Shown here in pieces: positions 8,884-16,634 of a stretch of 45,624 nucleotides of DNA. The stretch is from a virus (Duplodnaviria > Caudoviricetes): the IMG/VR virus record IMGVR_UViG_3300037311_000342, positions 1 through 45,624 of that record, one strand, 5' to 3'. Numbering within the stretch: the stretch's first letter is position 1; each line of letters starts with the position of its first letter. Under the pieces are notes generated by a model. The model was not told where the DNA came from. It did no database searches and worked only from the letters and a program-made list of their open reading frames with translations. The position numbers and the translations under genes are program-made.

Positions 8884-9245
8884 GCCCCACCGCCGTCCGC
8901 CCCGGCCGGGTCCAGCCCGTCGGCCGCCGCCCGCAGGTGGGCGGCCAGCCGGGCCTCGGCCTCCCGCCGGGCCGGGGCCCAGGCGGTCGAGTGCAGCGGG
9001 GCCTCGAACCCGACCCCGTGGGCCAGGCCGACCAGCCCGGTGCCGTCCCGCTGCACATGCAGCCGGCACAGCCGGAACTCCCGCCCGGGGACGGCCGCCA
9101 CCTCGCGGTAGAAGCCGACCCGGCCGAGGTGGTCGTGTCGCAGCTCGTCCCACCCGTCGGCCAAGGCCTCCGCCCGGTCCACGTCCGGCGGCGCCGCCCG
9201 CGGCGGCCGGTCGGTCGCCTTGCCCCGCTCGACGACGGCCCCCAT
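8880..9245 (-). CDS. Hypothetical protein
   Basis: ATG at 9245 with GGAGG RBS. Confidence 0.65.
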   Translation of the reverse strand: MGAVVERGKATDRPPRAAPPDVDRAEALADGWDELRHDHLGRVGFYREVAAVPGREFRLCRLHVQRDGTGLVGLAHGVGFEAPLHSTAWAPARREAEARLAAHLRAAADGLDPAGADGGGA

Positions 9246-9247
9246 GC

Positions 9248-9514
9248 TCAGCCTCCCGTGGCGGTCACTTCGGTCGCCCGCACCAGGTCGAGCAGCCGGC
9301 AGCAGGCGTCCGCCGTCAGCCCGCACACCGCGTTCACCGCGAACACCAGCGTCCCGTGCCGCCCCCCGTGGGTGCGGACCACCGTCAGCTCCCCGGCCGC
9401 CGACCGCACCCGCCCGGCCCGCCAGCGGGTGGCCCCGGACGACCCCGGCCGGTACCCCGGGTTGTCCGGGCACAGGGCCAGCAGCCGGTCCCGGTCCCAG
9501 CCGGAGCGGGTCAC
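9248..9514 (-). CDS. Hypothetical protein
   Basis: GTG at 9514 overlaps the upstream TGA. Confidence 0.55.
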   Translation of the reverse strand: MTRSGWDRDRLLALCPDNPGYRPGSSGATRWRAGRVRSAAGELTVVRTHGGRHGTLVFAVNAVCGLTADACCRLLDLVRATEVTATGG

Positions 9515-9912
9515 GCGGCCACCCCCTTCGGCCCCACCAGCCCGGCCGGCGGCCGGGGCAGCTCGGCCCCGGCCGGCCGCCACAGGTGCAGGCAGTACGG
9601 GTGGCAGTTGACGTACTCGGCCCGGGGCGGGTGGTACTGCACCACGCACGCGTCCGGCCCCCAGCACAGGTCTTTGACCCAGGCCATCTCGTCCCACGTC
9701 GGGCACCGGTCGGCCAGGCTCACGCTCACGTGCTCCCACCCGCAGCCGTCGGCCGTCGCGTCGGCCCCGGCCGGGGCCAGCATCAGCCGCAGCACCCCGC
9801 CGGTGCCCGGGCAGACGACGACGAACAGCCCGTACCAGTCGCCCGGCCGGGTGCCGTAGGCCCCGTCCCGGATGCGCCCCTTCTCCAGCCGGTCGGGTAC
9901 CGTCGGTCGCAT
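9511..9912 (-). CDS. Conserved phage protein (HVSVS...RCPTWDEM family, DUF7694-like)
   Basis: WEHVSVSLADRCPTWDEMAWVKDLCW...YVNCHPYCLHLW, a widespread phage motif. Confidence 0.8.
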   Translation of the reverse strand: MRPTVPDRLEKGRIRDGAYGTRPGDWYGLFVVVCPGTGGVLRLMLAPAGADATADGCGWEHVSVSLADRCPTWDEMAWVKDLCWGPDACVVQYHPPRAEYVNCHPYCLHLWRPAGAELPRPPAGLVGPKGVAA

Positions 9913-9945
9913 CGCCCGCCCTCCCCGGTGACAGCCCGCTGTCAG

Positions 9946-10044
9946 TGCCGACGGTGAGACTCGAACTCACCCCGCCCCGCGTCCGTGCGGAGCGTTCCGG
10001 TCTGCCGCGGCCCGCCCCTCACGGCGCCGCACGCGGCCGTCGGC
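9946..10044 (-). ncRNA. tRNA-like RNA 1 (acceptor stem + T-arm, non-canonical core)
   Basis: 5' GCCGACG pairs with 3' CGTCGGC followed by discriminator A. T-arm GTGAG-TTCGAGT-CTCAC. Intergenic. Confidence 0.7.
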
Positions 10045-10046
10045 CG

Positions 10047-10087
10047 AACAAAACCCCGCCGGCGGCTGTTCCGGCCCGCCGGCGGGG
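10047..10087 (-). terminator. Intrinsic terminator of the leftward early transcript
   Basis: 12-bp stem CCCCGCCGGCGG/CCGCCGGCGGGG followed by TTTTGTT on the - strand. Confidence 0.8.
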
Positions 10088-10230
10088 GCCGCCTCGCCCG
10101 GGGACGGACAGCCCCGGGCGGCGGCTGACGGGGTTCGGGCGACGGCACTCGCCCGGGCACTCCCGCCTCACCCACGCCTGTCCGCCGGTCTGGTCGGCGG
10201 TCGCGGCCCCGGCGCCGGGCCGTGCGCCGG

Positions 10231-10536
10231 TCAGCCGCCGCGGGCGGCCGGCACCCCGGCCTTCCACCGGCCGACGTGGGCGTCCACGTCGGCCCGGCGG
10301 TACAGGCTCTTGGTGGCCCGCGCCGCCCGCCCGTCCTTGCCGTAACTGGGCACCTGCCGGGGCTGGGGCAGCTTGCGCTCGTGGACCAGCAGCCGCACCG
10401 TGTCCACGCTCAGCCCGCCCAGGTAGGCGGCCAGGTCGGCCAGCGTCAGCCACTCCGGCCACGGCCGGCCGGCGTGCCGGGTCAGCGCCCGCACGGCCGC
10501 CAGCAGCTCCGCCAGGTCGGCGTCGGCGGCGGTCAT
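10231..10536 (-). CDS. Excisionase-like / AlpA-type HTH protein
   Basis: WLTLADLAAYLGGLSVDTVRLLVHERKLPQP...YRRADVDA. Confidence 0.8.
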   Translation of the reverse strand: MTAADADLAELLAAVRALTRHAGRPWPEWLTLADLAAYLGGLSVDTVRLLVHERKLPQPRQVPSYGKDGRAARATKSLYRRADVDAHVGRWKAGVPAARGG

Positions 10537-10784
10537 GGCCGGCCCTCCCCGCGGCGGGCCGCCAGCATGGCGTCGGCCACCTGGTAGCACCACCGGGCCA
10601 GGTCGCCGCACTCCTCCGGCGTGTCGTAGCTCTTGCCGCCGGTGTGGTCCGAGCCGGCGAACTGGCTGGCCAGCTCGCCCTGGAGCGCGCACGCGGCGAA
10701 GTGGTCGCGGGCGTCCAGGTACGGGGCCGGCTCGTCGGCCCGGCCGGTCGGGGCCGGCGGGGCGAAGGCCAAGGTGTCGTCCAT
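10533..10784 (-). CDS. Conserved phage hypothetical protein
   Basis: ARDHFAACALQG...ARWCYQVADAMLAAR, a common phage early-gene motif. GAGG RBS. Confidence 0.75.
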   Translation of the reverse strand: MDDTLAFAPPAPTGRADEPAPYLDARDHFAACALQGELASQFAGSDHTGGKSYDTPEECGDLARWCYQVADAMLAARRGEGRP

Positions 10785-10935
10785 CGGTCGGTCCTCGTCG
10801 GGGGTGGAGGGGGCCGCCGGCCCCGGCGGTCGCGGCTCGTCCCGGCCGAAGCCGGGCCGGGGGGATGCGCCGCGGCACGGACGCCGACCCCGCCGGAGGC
10901 TGTGACGGGGGCGGACGGCCGGGGCCGGCGGTGGC

Positions 10936-11130
10936 TCAGGTGGCCGACAGCTCGGCGTGCTCGCGGCTGATGAACTGCTGGTAGGCCTTGTCCAACTGTG
11001 CCTGAAACAGCTCGTCGAACAACTCGGACACTGACACACGACGGTCGATGGCCAGCAACCGAAGCTGGTCAGCCGCGCTCTTGTTGATCGAAATCGTCGT
11101 CCTGACCACCGCCTCAGTGGCAGTCGCCAT
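10936..11130 (-). CDS. Ribbon-helix-helix DNA-binding protein (Cro-position gene)
   Basis: RTTISIN beta strand followed by two helices (AADQLRLLAIDRRVSVSELFDELF). First gene of the early operon. Confidence 0.75.
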   Translation of the reverse strand: MATATEAVVRTTISINKSAADQLRLLAIDRRVSVSELFDELFQAQLDKAYQQFISREHAELSAT

Positions 11131-11274
11131 GTCGCCCTCTTTTGCGTGGCATTTGGCGTTTTGCACTACGCATGTGGTTTTATCCGCGAAATGCCACGCG
11201 GTCAAGTGGTATAAATGAAACGGCTAAACGCCGTGTGCCACGCGGGCTAGGATGCCCCCCTACTGGAGCGTCCT
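11131..11274. promoter_or_regulatory. Divergent promoter/operator region (genetic switch)
   Basis: Low GC. TGCCACGC boxes at 11144-11151 (inverted), 11192-11199 and 11236-11243. Leftward TTGACC-N17-TAAAAC (11205-11177) and rightward GTGGTATAAAT (11206-11216). Confidence 0.75.
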
Positions 11275-11532
11275 ATGTCCGCTGCGGGTCTACTGATGGG
11301 CCGTGCAAAGAAGCCGGTGGAATCCGGCGAGCTGCGAGACAAGCGAAACCGAAAATCTGCCCCGGTGCAGGTGGACATCGACTTAGCCCGCATGATTGGG
11401 GTCATCTCGACCCACGATGGGATCACGCAGGCGGAGTTGATCAGCGACCACCTCCGGCCCTTCGTGCTGACGAACTACGCCCGGGTTCAGCGTCAGATCG
11501 GCGAGGAGTTGGATCGCCAGAACCGTCGCTGA
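11275..11532 (+). CDS. Ribbon-helix-helix DNA-binding protein (repressor-position gene)
   Basis: SAPVQVDIDLARMIGVISTHDGITQAELISDHL. GGAG RBS, lower GC, divergent from 10936-11130. Confidence 0.75.
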   Translation: MSAAGLLMGRAKKPVESGELRDKRNRKSAPVQVDIDLARMIGVISTHDGITQAELISDHLRPFVLTNYARVQRQIGEELDRQNRR

Positions 11533-11791
11533 TCGGCGGCAACACAACGAGCTGCTCAGCGGGTCGCCCTTGACCGAGGTCAATGCAAGCCGACACTGTT
11601 CGCCAGCCCGGACAGTGTTCATCGGCGTAGGCCCGGAGGGCGGCCTTCAGTTGCTCGGCGGTCGGCGGGGCGGCCGCCGTTTGTCGGCCGAGGTGTTGCC
11701 GGTGCGACTCCCGGCCGATCTCGGCCATGACTCGGTCGTACCACTCGGCCGCCGGCGGCGGGGCCGGGATCTCTTCGGGGGTATCGGGCAT
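11441..11791 (-). CDS. Hypothetical protein
   Basis: ATG at 11791 with GGAG RBS. ALRAYADEHCPGWRTVSACIDLG segment. Confidence 0.6.
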   Translation of the reverse strand: MPDTPEEIPAPPPAAEWYDRVMAEIGRESHRQHLGRQTAAAPPTAEQLKAALRAYADEHCPGWRTVSACIDLGQGRPAEQLVVLPPISDGSGDPTPRRSDAEPGRSSSARRAGGGR

Positions 11792-12059
11792 GTCGGCTCC
11801 GCTGATCGAGTTCGGGCTGATGGTCGGCGACGGCCCGGGCGTTTCCGTCCTGGCCGGCCCCCTGCTGCCGCGGGTCGGCGAGTCGCTCGTCATCGACGGC
11901 GTCAAACACCTGGTCGTCAACGTGATCCACGCTTACGCCGGCGGCCGACCGATCGCGGGTCGGCCGCCGGCCGTCGTCTTCGCCTTGCACCAGGGGCCAC
12001 TGGCCGCGGGCGACCCGGCCGCCGCCCCCGACCCGGCCGAGGGCAACGGCCGGCACTGA
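11790..12059 (+). CDS. Hypothetical protein (LPRVGE motif)
   Basis: Strong GC3 codon bias from ATG 11790. Confidence 0.6.
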   Translation: MSAPLIEFGLMVGDGPGVSVLAGPLLPRVGESLVIDGVKHLVVNVIHAYAGGRPIAGRPPAVVFALHQGPLAAGDPAAAPDPAEGNGRH

Positions 12060-12281
12060 CCCGGGGCGTCCAGTTGCTCGGCGGTCACGGGCGGCTCCGG
12101 GTCAGGGGCTGAAGAACGTCCGGGGCTGAGTGCCGTCGTCGGCCCGCCGGGCGTACTCGCGTTCGAGCTGCCAGGACCACTCGCACCGGGCGGCAGCCCA
12201 GGCCCGGGCCAGCGGGGCGACGCACAGGCGGACCAGGGCGGCGAATCGGTCGAGCACGGCGACACCTCACCGGAGCACGGA

Positions 12282-12605
12282 ATGACTGACGCAGTGTACC
12301 CCATCCCCAGGCCGCCGGCGGCGCACGAGCACCTGCTGGCGATCACCTTCGACGACTCCCGGCCGCCCCTGCTGGCGTACTGCACGTCGCCGCCCGGGTT
12401 CCGCCCCGGGGACACCGTCCGCTTGCCCGGCGGCGGGCGGGTCCGGGTGCCGACCGGCGGGGCGTCCGAGCACCTGGTGGCGACGGCGACCGACGGCACC
12501 CACCACCTGGCCCGCATGGTGGTGGCGTCGGCCATCGACCCGAACACCCCGCCCGAGCCGGCGGGGTCGTCGGTCCCCGGCCGCGGTCGGGTGCTCGGCC
12601 ACTAG
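12282..12605 (+). CDS. Hypothetical protein (107 aa)
   Basis: GGAG RBS, ATG start, GC3 bias. Confidence 0.65.
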   Translation: MTDAVYPIPRPPAAHEHLLAITFDDSRPPLLAYCTSPPGFRPGDTVRLPGGGRVRVPTGGASEHLVATATDGTHHLARMVVASAIDPNTPPEPAGSSVPGRGRVLGH

Positions 12606-12838
12606 CCGCCCCGGGCCGGCACCCCGACCCGCCGCACCACCCGGCCGCCGCGGTCGCGGAACTCCAGCCCCAGCCCGTGGGCCAGCCCGGCCCGGTCGAG
12701 CAGCCGGCGGCCGAGCCGGGCCAGCTCGGCGTCCCCCAGGTCGGCCGCCCGCTCCCGCAGCTCGGCCTCCACCTCCGCGAGCCGCTCCTGCTCGGCCGCC
12801 CAGGCGCCCCACTCGTCGGCCTCAACGGTCGTCCCCAT
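12602..12838 (-). CDS. Hypothetical protein
   Basis: ATG at 12838 with GGAGGGG RBS and an upstream TACACT -10-like box. Confidence 0.6.
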   Translation of the reverse strand: MGTTVEADEWGAWAAEQERLAEVEAELRERAADLGDAELARLGRRLLDRAGLAHGLGLEFRDRGGRVVRRVGVPARGG

Positions 12839-12930
12839 GGTCAGCCCCTCCCCGGAGTGTACCGCCCGCCGGCGTGCCGGGACGCCGGCCACCGCCCCGC
12901 TCACCGCCGACATGCCGCCGCCCCCCCTGT

Positions 12931-12971
12931 AAGTGGTATATTGTCCACCTGGACCGAAGTATCTATACCAC
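12931..12971. promoter_or_regulatory. Pair of opposed extended -10 boxes (GTGGTATA inverted repeat)
   Basis: GTGGTATA at 12933-12940 and TATACCAC at 12964-12971, between divergent genes. Confidence 0.55.
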
Positions 12972-13017
12972 GCCGGGGAACGGACGCCGCGGGGAGAGAT
13001 GTTCCGGAGATGTTCCG

Positions 13018-13422
13018 ATGGCGGCTGACCCGCCCGGCCCGTCGGCCGCCATCCTGCGGCTGATCGGCGACGCCCCGGGCAAGCCCCGGCGGTGGTTCGG
13101 CCGGCACGCCGGCCGGCTGGTGATGGTGCAGGCGTGGGACGCCGGCGGCCCGCCGCCCGCCGCCCGGTCCGGCGGGGCCGTGGGCGAGGCCAAGCCGGCG
13201 CTGGTGGCGCTGGTCTCCGGGGCCGGCGGCCCGGTGTTGCGGAAGGCGCTGCTGGCGGCCGCCGCCCGCCTCGGGCACCGCCCCGGCACGGCCGCCAAGG
13301 CGCTGGCCGAGCTGGTGCGGGACGGGGAGCTGCTCAACCCCCGCGACTGGCTCGGCTACCGCCTGCCGGGGTGGGGGCCGGCCCGCCCCGGCCCGGGCCT
13401 GTTCGACCACCTGGGGGGCTGA
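13018..13422 (+). CDS. Hypothetical protein with C-terminal winged helix
   Basis: GTAAKALAELVRDGELLNPRDWLGYRL. Directly upstream of the integrase. Confidence 0.65.
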   Translation: MAADPPGPSAAILRLIGDAPGKPRRWFGRHAGRLVMVQAWDAGGPPPAARSGGAVGEAKPALVALVSGAGGPVLRKALLAAAARLGHRPGTAAKALAELVRDGELLNPRDWLGYRLPGWGPARPGPGLFDHLGG

Positions 13423-13424
13423 GC

Positions 13425-14732
13425 GTGGCGCACCTGAAGAAGCCCCGGGTGACGAGCTGGTGGCTGGCCGGCCGGCGGGTGCCGGCCGGCACCCCGGGGG
13501 CCGCCAAGCGGACCCGGCTGGCCCGCAAGTGGTACGCCTACGGGGTGCCCGGGTGCCGCAGGCCGGTGCCCCTGGCGGCCGACCGGCGGGCGGCCGAGCG
13601 GCTGCTGGCCGGGCTGCTGAGCGGGGGCGAGCGGGCGGCCGCCGGGCTGCCGGACCCCAGGGCGGCCGACCTGCCGCTGACGCCCGACCTGCTCGACCGG
13701 TTCGCCGAGGCCGTCCGGCTGGGCACCGCCCCCGGGGCCGGCCGCCGGCGGGTGCGGCCCGGGCCGGCCCAGGTGGCCCAGGTCAAGGCCCGGCTGCGGC
13801 GGGCCTTCGACGGGTGCGGGTGGACCCGCCCGGCCGACCTCGACGCCCAGGCGGCGAGCGGCTGGCTGGCCGCCCGGGTGGCCATGCCCCGCAAGGGCCG
13901 GCACCACGGGCTGAGCGCCCAGACGGCCGACGACACCCTGCTCCAGCTCCGCCGGTTCGCCCGCTGGCTGGCCGGCCCGGCCCGGGCCGGCACCGACCCC
14001 CGGCTGTTCGACGCCCTGCCCGGGTTCGACGCGAAGGCCAACCGGGTGCACGACCGCCGGGCCGCCACCCCGGCCGAGCTGGCCGCCCTGCTGGCGGCGG
14101 CGGCGGCCGGCCCGTTCCACCGCGGGCTGACCGGCCCCCGCCGCCGGCTGCTGTACCTGACCGCCCTGGGCACCGGGCTGCGGCTGGAGGAGCTGGCCCG
14201 GGTGGCCCCGGCCAACCTGCGGCTCGACCTGGACCCGCCGGAGGTGCGGCTGGACCCGAAGACCAAGGGCCGGCGGGCCGTCCGCCAGCCGCTCCCGGCC
14301 GGGGTGGCGGCCGAGCTGGCCCCGCTGCTGGCCGACACCCCGGCCGGGGGCCGGGTGTGGCCGGGCAAGTGGAACCAGACGGCGGCCGCCATGCTCCGCC
14401 GCGACCTGGCGGCGGCCGGGGTGGCGTACTGGCTGGACGACGGCACCGGCCCCAAGGCGCTCGACTTCCACGCCCTCCGGCACACCTACGTGACCAGCCT
14501 GGCCGACGCCGGGGCGAGCGTCAAGGAGGCCCAGGTGCTGGCCCGGCACACCGACCCGCGGCTCACCCTCGGGGTGTACACCCACGCCTCCCGGGCCGGG
14601 CTGGCGGCGGCCGTCAACCGCATCGACCCGTCCGCCCCGCCGTCCCCGCTGGCGGCGCTCACCCGGGCCGAGCTGGAGGGGGCGGTGGGCGGGCTGTTGC
14701 TGGTGCTGGGCGGGCTGCTCGGCCGGCGGTAG
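13425..14732 (+). CDS. int: Tyrosine recombinase / phage integrase
   Basis: TGLRLEEL (R), TKG (K), DFHALRHTY (HxxR), LARH...LTLGVY (H, Y). Adjacent to attP. Confidence 0.95.
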   Translation: MAHLKKPRVTSWWLAGRRVPAGTPGAAKRTRLARKWYAYGVPGCRRPVPLAADRRAAERLLAGLLSGGERAAAGLPDPRAADLPLTPDLLDRFAEAVRLGTAPGAGRRRVRPGPAQVAQVKARLRRAFDGCGWTRPADLDAQAASGWLAARVAMPRKGRHHGLSAQTADDTLLQLRRFARWLAGPARAGTDPRLFDALPGFDAKANRVHDRRAATPAELAALLAAAAAGPFHRGLTGPRRRLLYLTALGTGLRLEELARVAPANLRLDLDPPEVRLDPKTKGRRAVRQPLPAGVAAELAPLLADTPAGGRVWPGKWNQTAAAMLRRDLAAAGVAYWLDDGTGPKALDFHALRHTYVTSLADAGASVKEAQVLARHTDPRLTLGVYTHASRAGLAAAVNRIDPSAPPSPLAALTRAELEGAVGGLLLVLGGLLGRR

Positions 14733-14746
14733 CCGCGGCCGCGTTC

Positions 14747-15021
14747 GCCCGCCGGGTTGCCCGCCGGGTTGCCCTGGGGTCGTCGGCGTCGGCCGGTCGT
14801 CGGCCGGCCGTCGGCCGTTTTCCACCCCACGGCGGGGCGGGGTGAGAGTCTCAGACGGCCGGGGTTTTCACGGGATTTCAGCGGAGAGGGAGGGATTCGA
14901 ACCCTCGTTACCCTTTCGGGCAAATCGGTTTTCGAGACCGGCGACGGGCGGCCGAAGAGGCTTATTTACCCGACATATCATGGACGCGAGTCGCCCTGCT
15001 TGCCCGCCGGGTTGCCCGCCG
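14747..15021. repeat. Candidate integrase arm-type sites (GCCCGCCGGGTT tandem repeats) flanking the att core
   Basis: 12-bp tandem units at 14747-14774 and 15002-15021, on both sides of the tRNA fragment. Confidence 0.7.
14881..14940 (-). other. attP: attP core: 3' part of tRNA-Ser(CGA)
   Basis: The - strand reads CGGT-CTCGAAA-ACCG, long variable arm, GAGGGTTCGAATCCCTC, CCTCTCCG. The tRNA 5' half is absent. About 150 bp downstream of int. Confidence 0.92.
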
Positions 15022-15100
15022 CCGGCGTGGCCTACGGCCGGGCTGGGGCCGCTGCCGGGCTGAGCTGGTGTCGTTTCCCAGATTTTTTTCACCACTGGGC

Positions 15101-15129
15101 TTGCAACCGGGATCAGTGGTGGTATAAAT
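15101..15129 (+). promoter_or_regulatory. Sigma70-type promoter of the accessory operon
   Basis: TTGCAA-N16-TATAAA with TGn extension, upstream of 15193. Confidence 0.65.
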
Positions 15130-15192
15130 AGGGTGTCGGGTGCGAGAGACGCCCGACCACGACGGCCGTGACAGCCGCACGCGGAGCCAGCC

Positions 15193-15744
15193 ATGTCCGA
15201 GATGACCCCGTTTACCCTCGTCGTCAACGGCACCACCCTCCGGGCCGAGTCGCGGACCGACTACCTGGTGATCGCCGACGCCCTCGACGACGCCGGCCGG
15301 CACTCCGAGGCCGACGACCTGCGGCTGATGGCCGAGTGCGACGGCACGGACTCGGGGCACATCCCGGTGGTGATCGACGGCAAGCTGTCGAGCCTGCAAG
15401 CCCTGTACGACGACCTCCGCATCTCGTGCGACGTGGAGGTGTGCCACACCGACGCCGAGGGCCGGTGCTGGGCCGACCGCCGGACGATCACGGTGGACGC
15501 CTGCGACCACGGGGCTTGCGATGTCGACGAGTGGACTCAGGAGGAGATCGACGAGTGGCGGGTGTGGCTGGCCCGGATGCACGCGGCCGAGTGCGACCTG
15601 GCCGATCTCCGGCACGTCCCGGGCCTGACCGTCGAGCAGGCCCTGTCGGACGCCGGCGTCGCCGACGCCGACTGGGAGGACCAGCCCGGTGCGGCGGAGC
15701 GGGCGATTGCCGCCTTGCGGTCGGCCGCCGGCGGGGCCGACTGA
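15193..15744 (+). CDS. Acidic hypothetical protein with TIGR02996-like motif
   Basis: GGAG RBS. YLVIADALDDAGRHSEADDLR segment. Confidence 0.75.
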   Translation: MSEMTPFTLVVNGTTLRAESRTDYLVIADALDDAGRHSEADDLRLMAECDGTDSGHIPVVIDGKLSSLQALYDDLRISCDVEVCHTDAEGRCWADRRTITVDACDHGACDVDEWTQEEIDEWRVWLARMHAAECDLADLRHVPGLTVEQALSDAGVADADWEDQPGAAERAIAALRSAAGGAD

Positions 15745-15784
15745 CCCGGTCGCCCGACCGACAACCGCCGCCCCGGAAGCACCC

Positions 15785-16051
15785 GTGAAAGCCTACCTGA
15801 GACTCCCGGTCGGGCCGGACAACCCGCCGCTGGCGGTGCTGTTCCGGCTCGACCGCCGCCACCCCCTGAGCCGTTACGGGCTGGGGGTGTGGGTGCAGCC
15901 CAACACCAAGACCGTGCTGGACGGGGGTCGGCTGCGGCTCTACCGGTCGCGACTCGGCCCCGGGGTGGTGCTGGAGTGCCCCGACCCCGACGCGGCCTGC
16001 CGGGCGCTCGGCGTGCCGGCCGGCGAGCCGGGGGTGGTGGGCCGTGGCTAG
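15785..16051 (+). CDS. Hypothetical protein
   Basis: GTG start, GC3 bias, overlaps the next gene. Confidence 0.6.
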   Translation: MKAYLRLPVGPDNPPLAVLFRLDRRHPLSRYGLGVWVQPNTKTVLDGGRLRLYRSRLGPGVVLECPDPDAACRALGVPAGEPGVVGRG

Positions 16052-16634
16052 GCCGGGGGACGCGGACCTCACGGGGAGGCTGTTCGGCCGGCTGCGGGTG
16101 GTCGGCCCCGGGCCGCTCAGCCCGCACGGCAAGCGGACCTGGGTGTGCCGGTGCGGGTGCGGGTCGGACTGCCGAAAGCCGATCCCGACCGGCCAACTCA
16201 CCTCCGGCCGGACGACGAGCTGCGGGTGTGCCAGGGCCGAGGCCGCGGGCAAGATGAACCCGCTCGCGGCGTTCGCGGCCACGGCCGCGGAGCGGCCGTG
16301 CCGGCGGTGCGGGGCGTCGTTCCGGCCGGCCACCCCGTGGCAGCGGTGCTGCACCCCGGCGTGCCAGCTCGCGTCCCGCGACCGGTCGGCCGAGAAGCCT
16401 CGCCGCACCCCGCCCCGCGATCTCGTGTGCCGCATGTGTGGCCGGATGTTCACTAGACAAGGCCGGTCGGTCGGGTGTGGGCGATACTGCTCCGACGACT
16501 GCCGGCAGATCGTCAAGACCGCCTCGGTCTACGCCCGGGCGGCCGGCCCCCCCGAAAAGCAACTGGCCCAGCTCCAGGATACACTCACGCGGAGGCTGAC
16601 CCGTGACCACGCTCGCCCCGGCCCGGCCGGCTGA
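16044..16634 (+). CDS. Cys-rich zinc-binding protein (homing-endonuclease-associated N-terminal domain + CxxC fingers)
   Basis: DLTGRLFGRLRVV...WVCRCGCG...SGRTTSCGC followed by CRRC..CTPAC and CRMC..CSDDC. Confidence 0.75.
   Translation: MARPGDADLTGRLFGRLRVVGPGPLSPHGKRTWVCRCGCGSDCRKPIPTGQLTSGRTTSCGCARAEAAGKMNPLAAFAATAAERPCRRCGASFRPATPWQRCCTPACQLASRDRSAEKPRRTPPRDLVCRMCGRMFTRQGRSVGCGRYCSDDCRQIVKTASVYARAAGPPEKQLAQLQDTLTRRLTRDHARPGPAG

Noticed and set aside
13425-14732. Protelomerase explaining the terminal palindrome
   Set aside because: The motifs, the adjacent tRNA attP and the arm repeats fit an ordinary integrase.
14881-14940. Functional tRNA-Ser gene
   Set aside because: The 5' acceptor strand and D-arm are missing. 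Its position after int marks it as attP.
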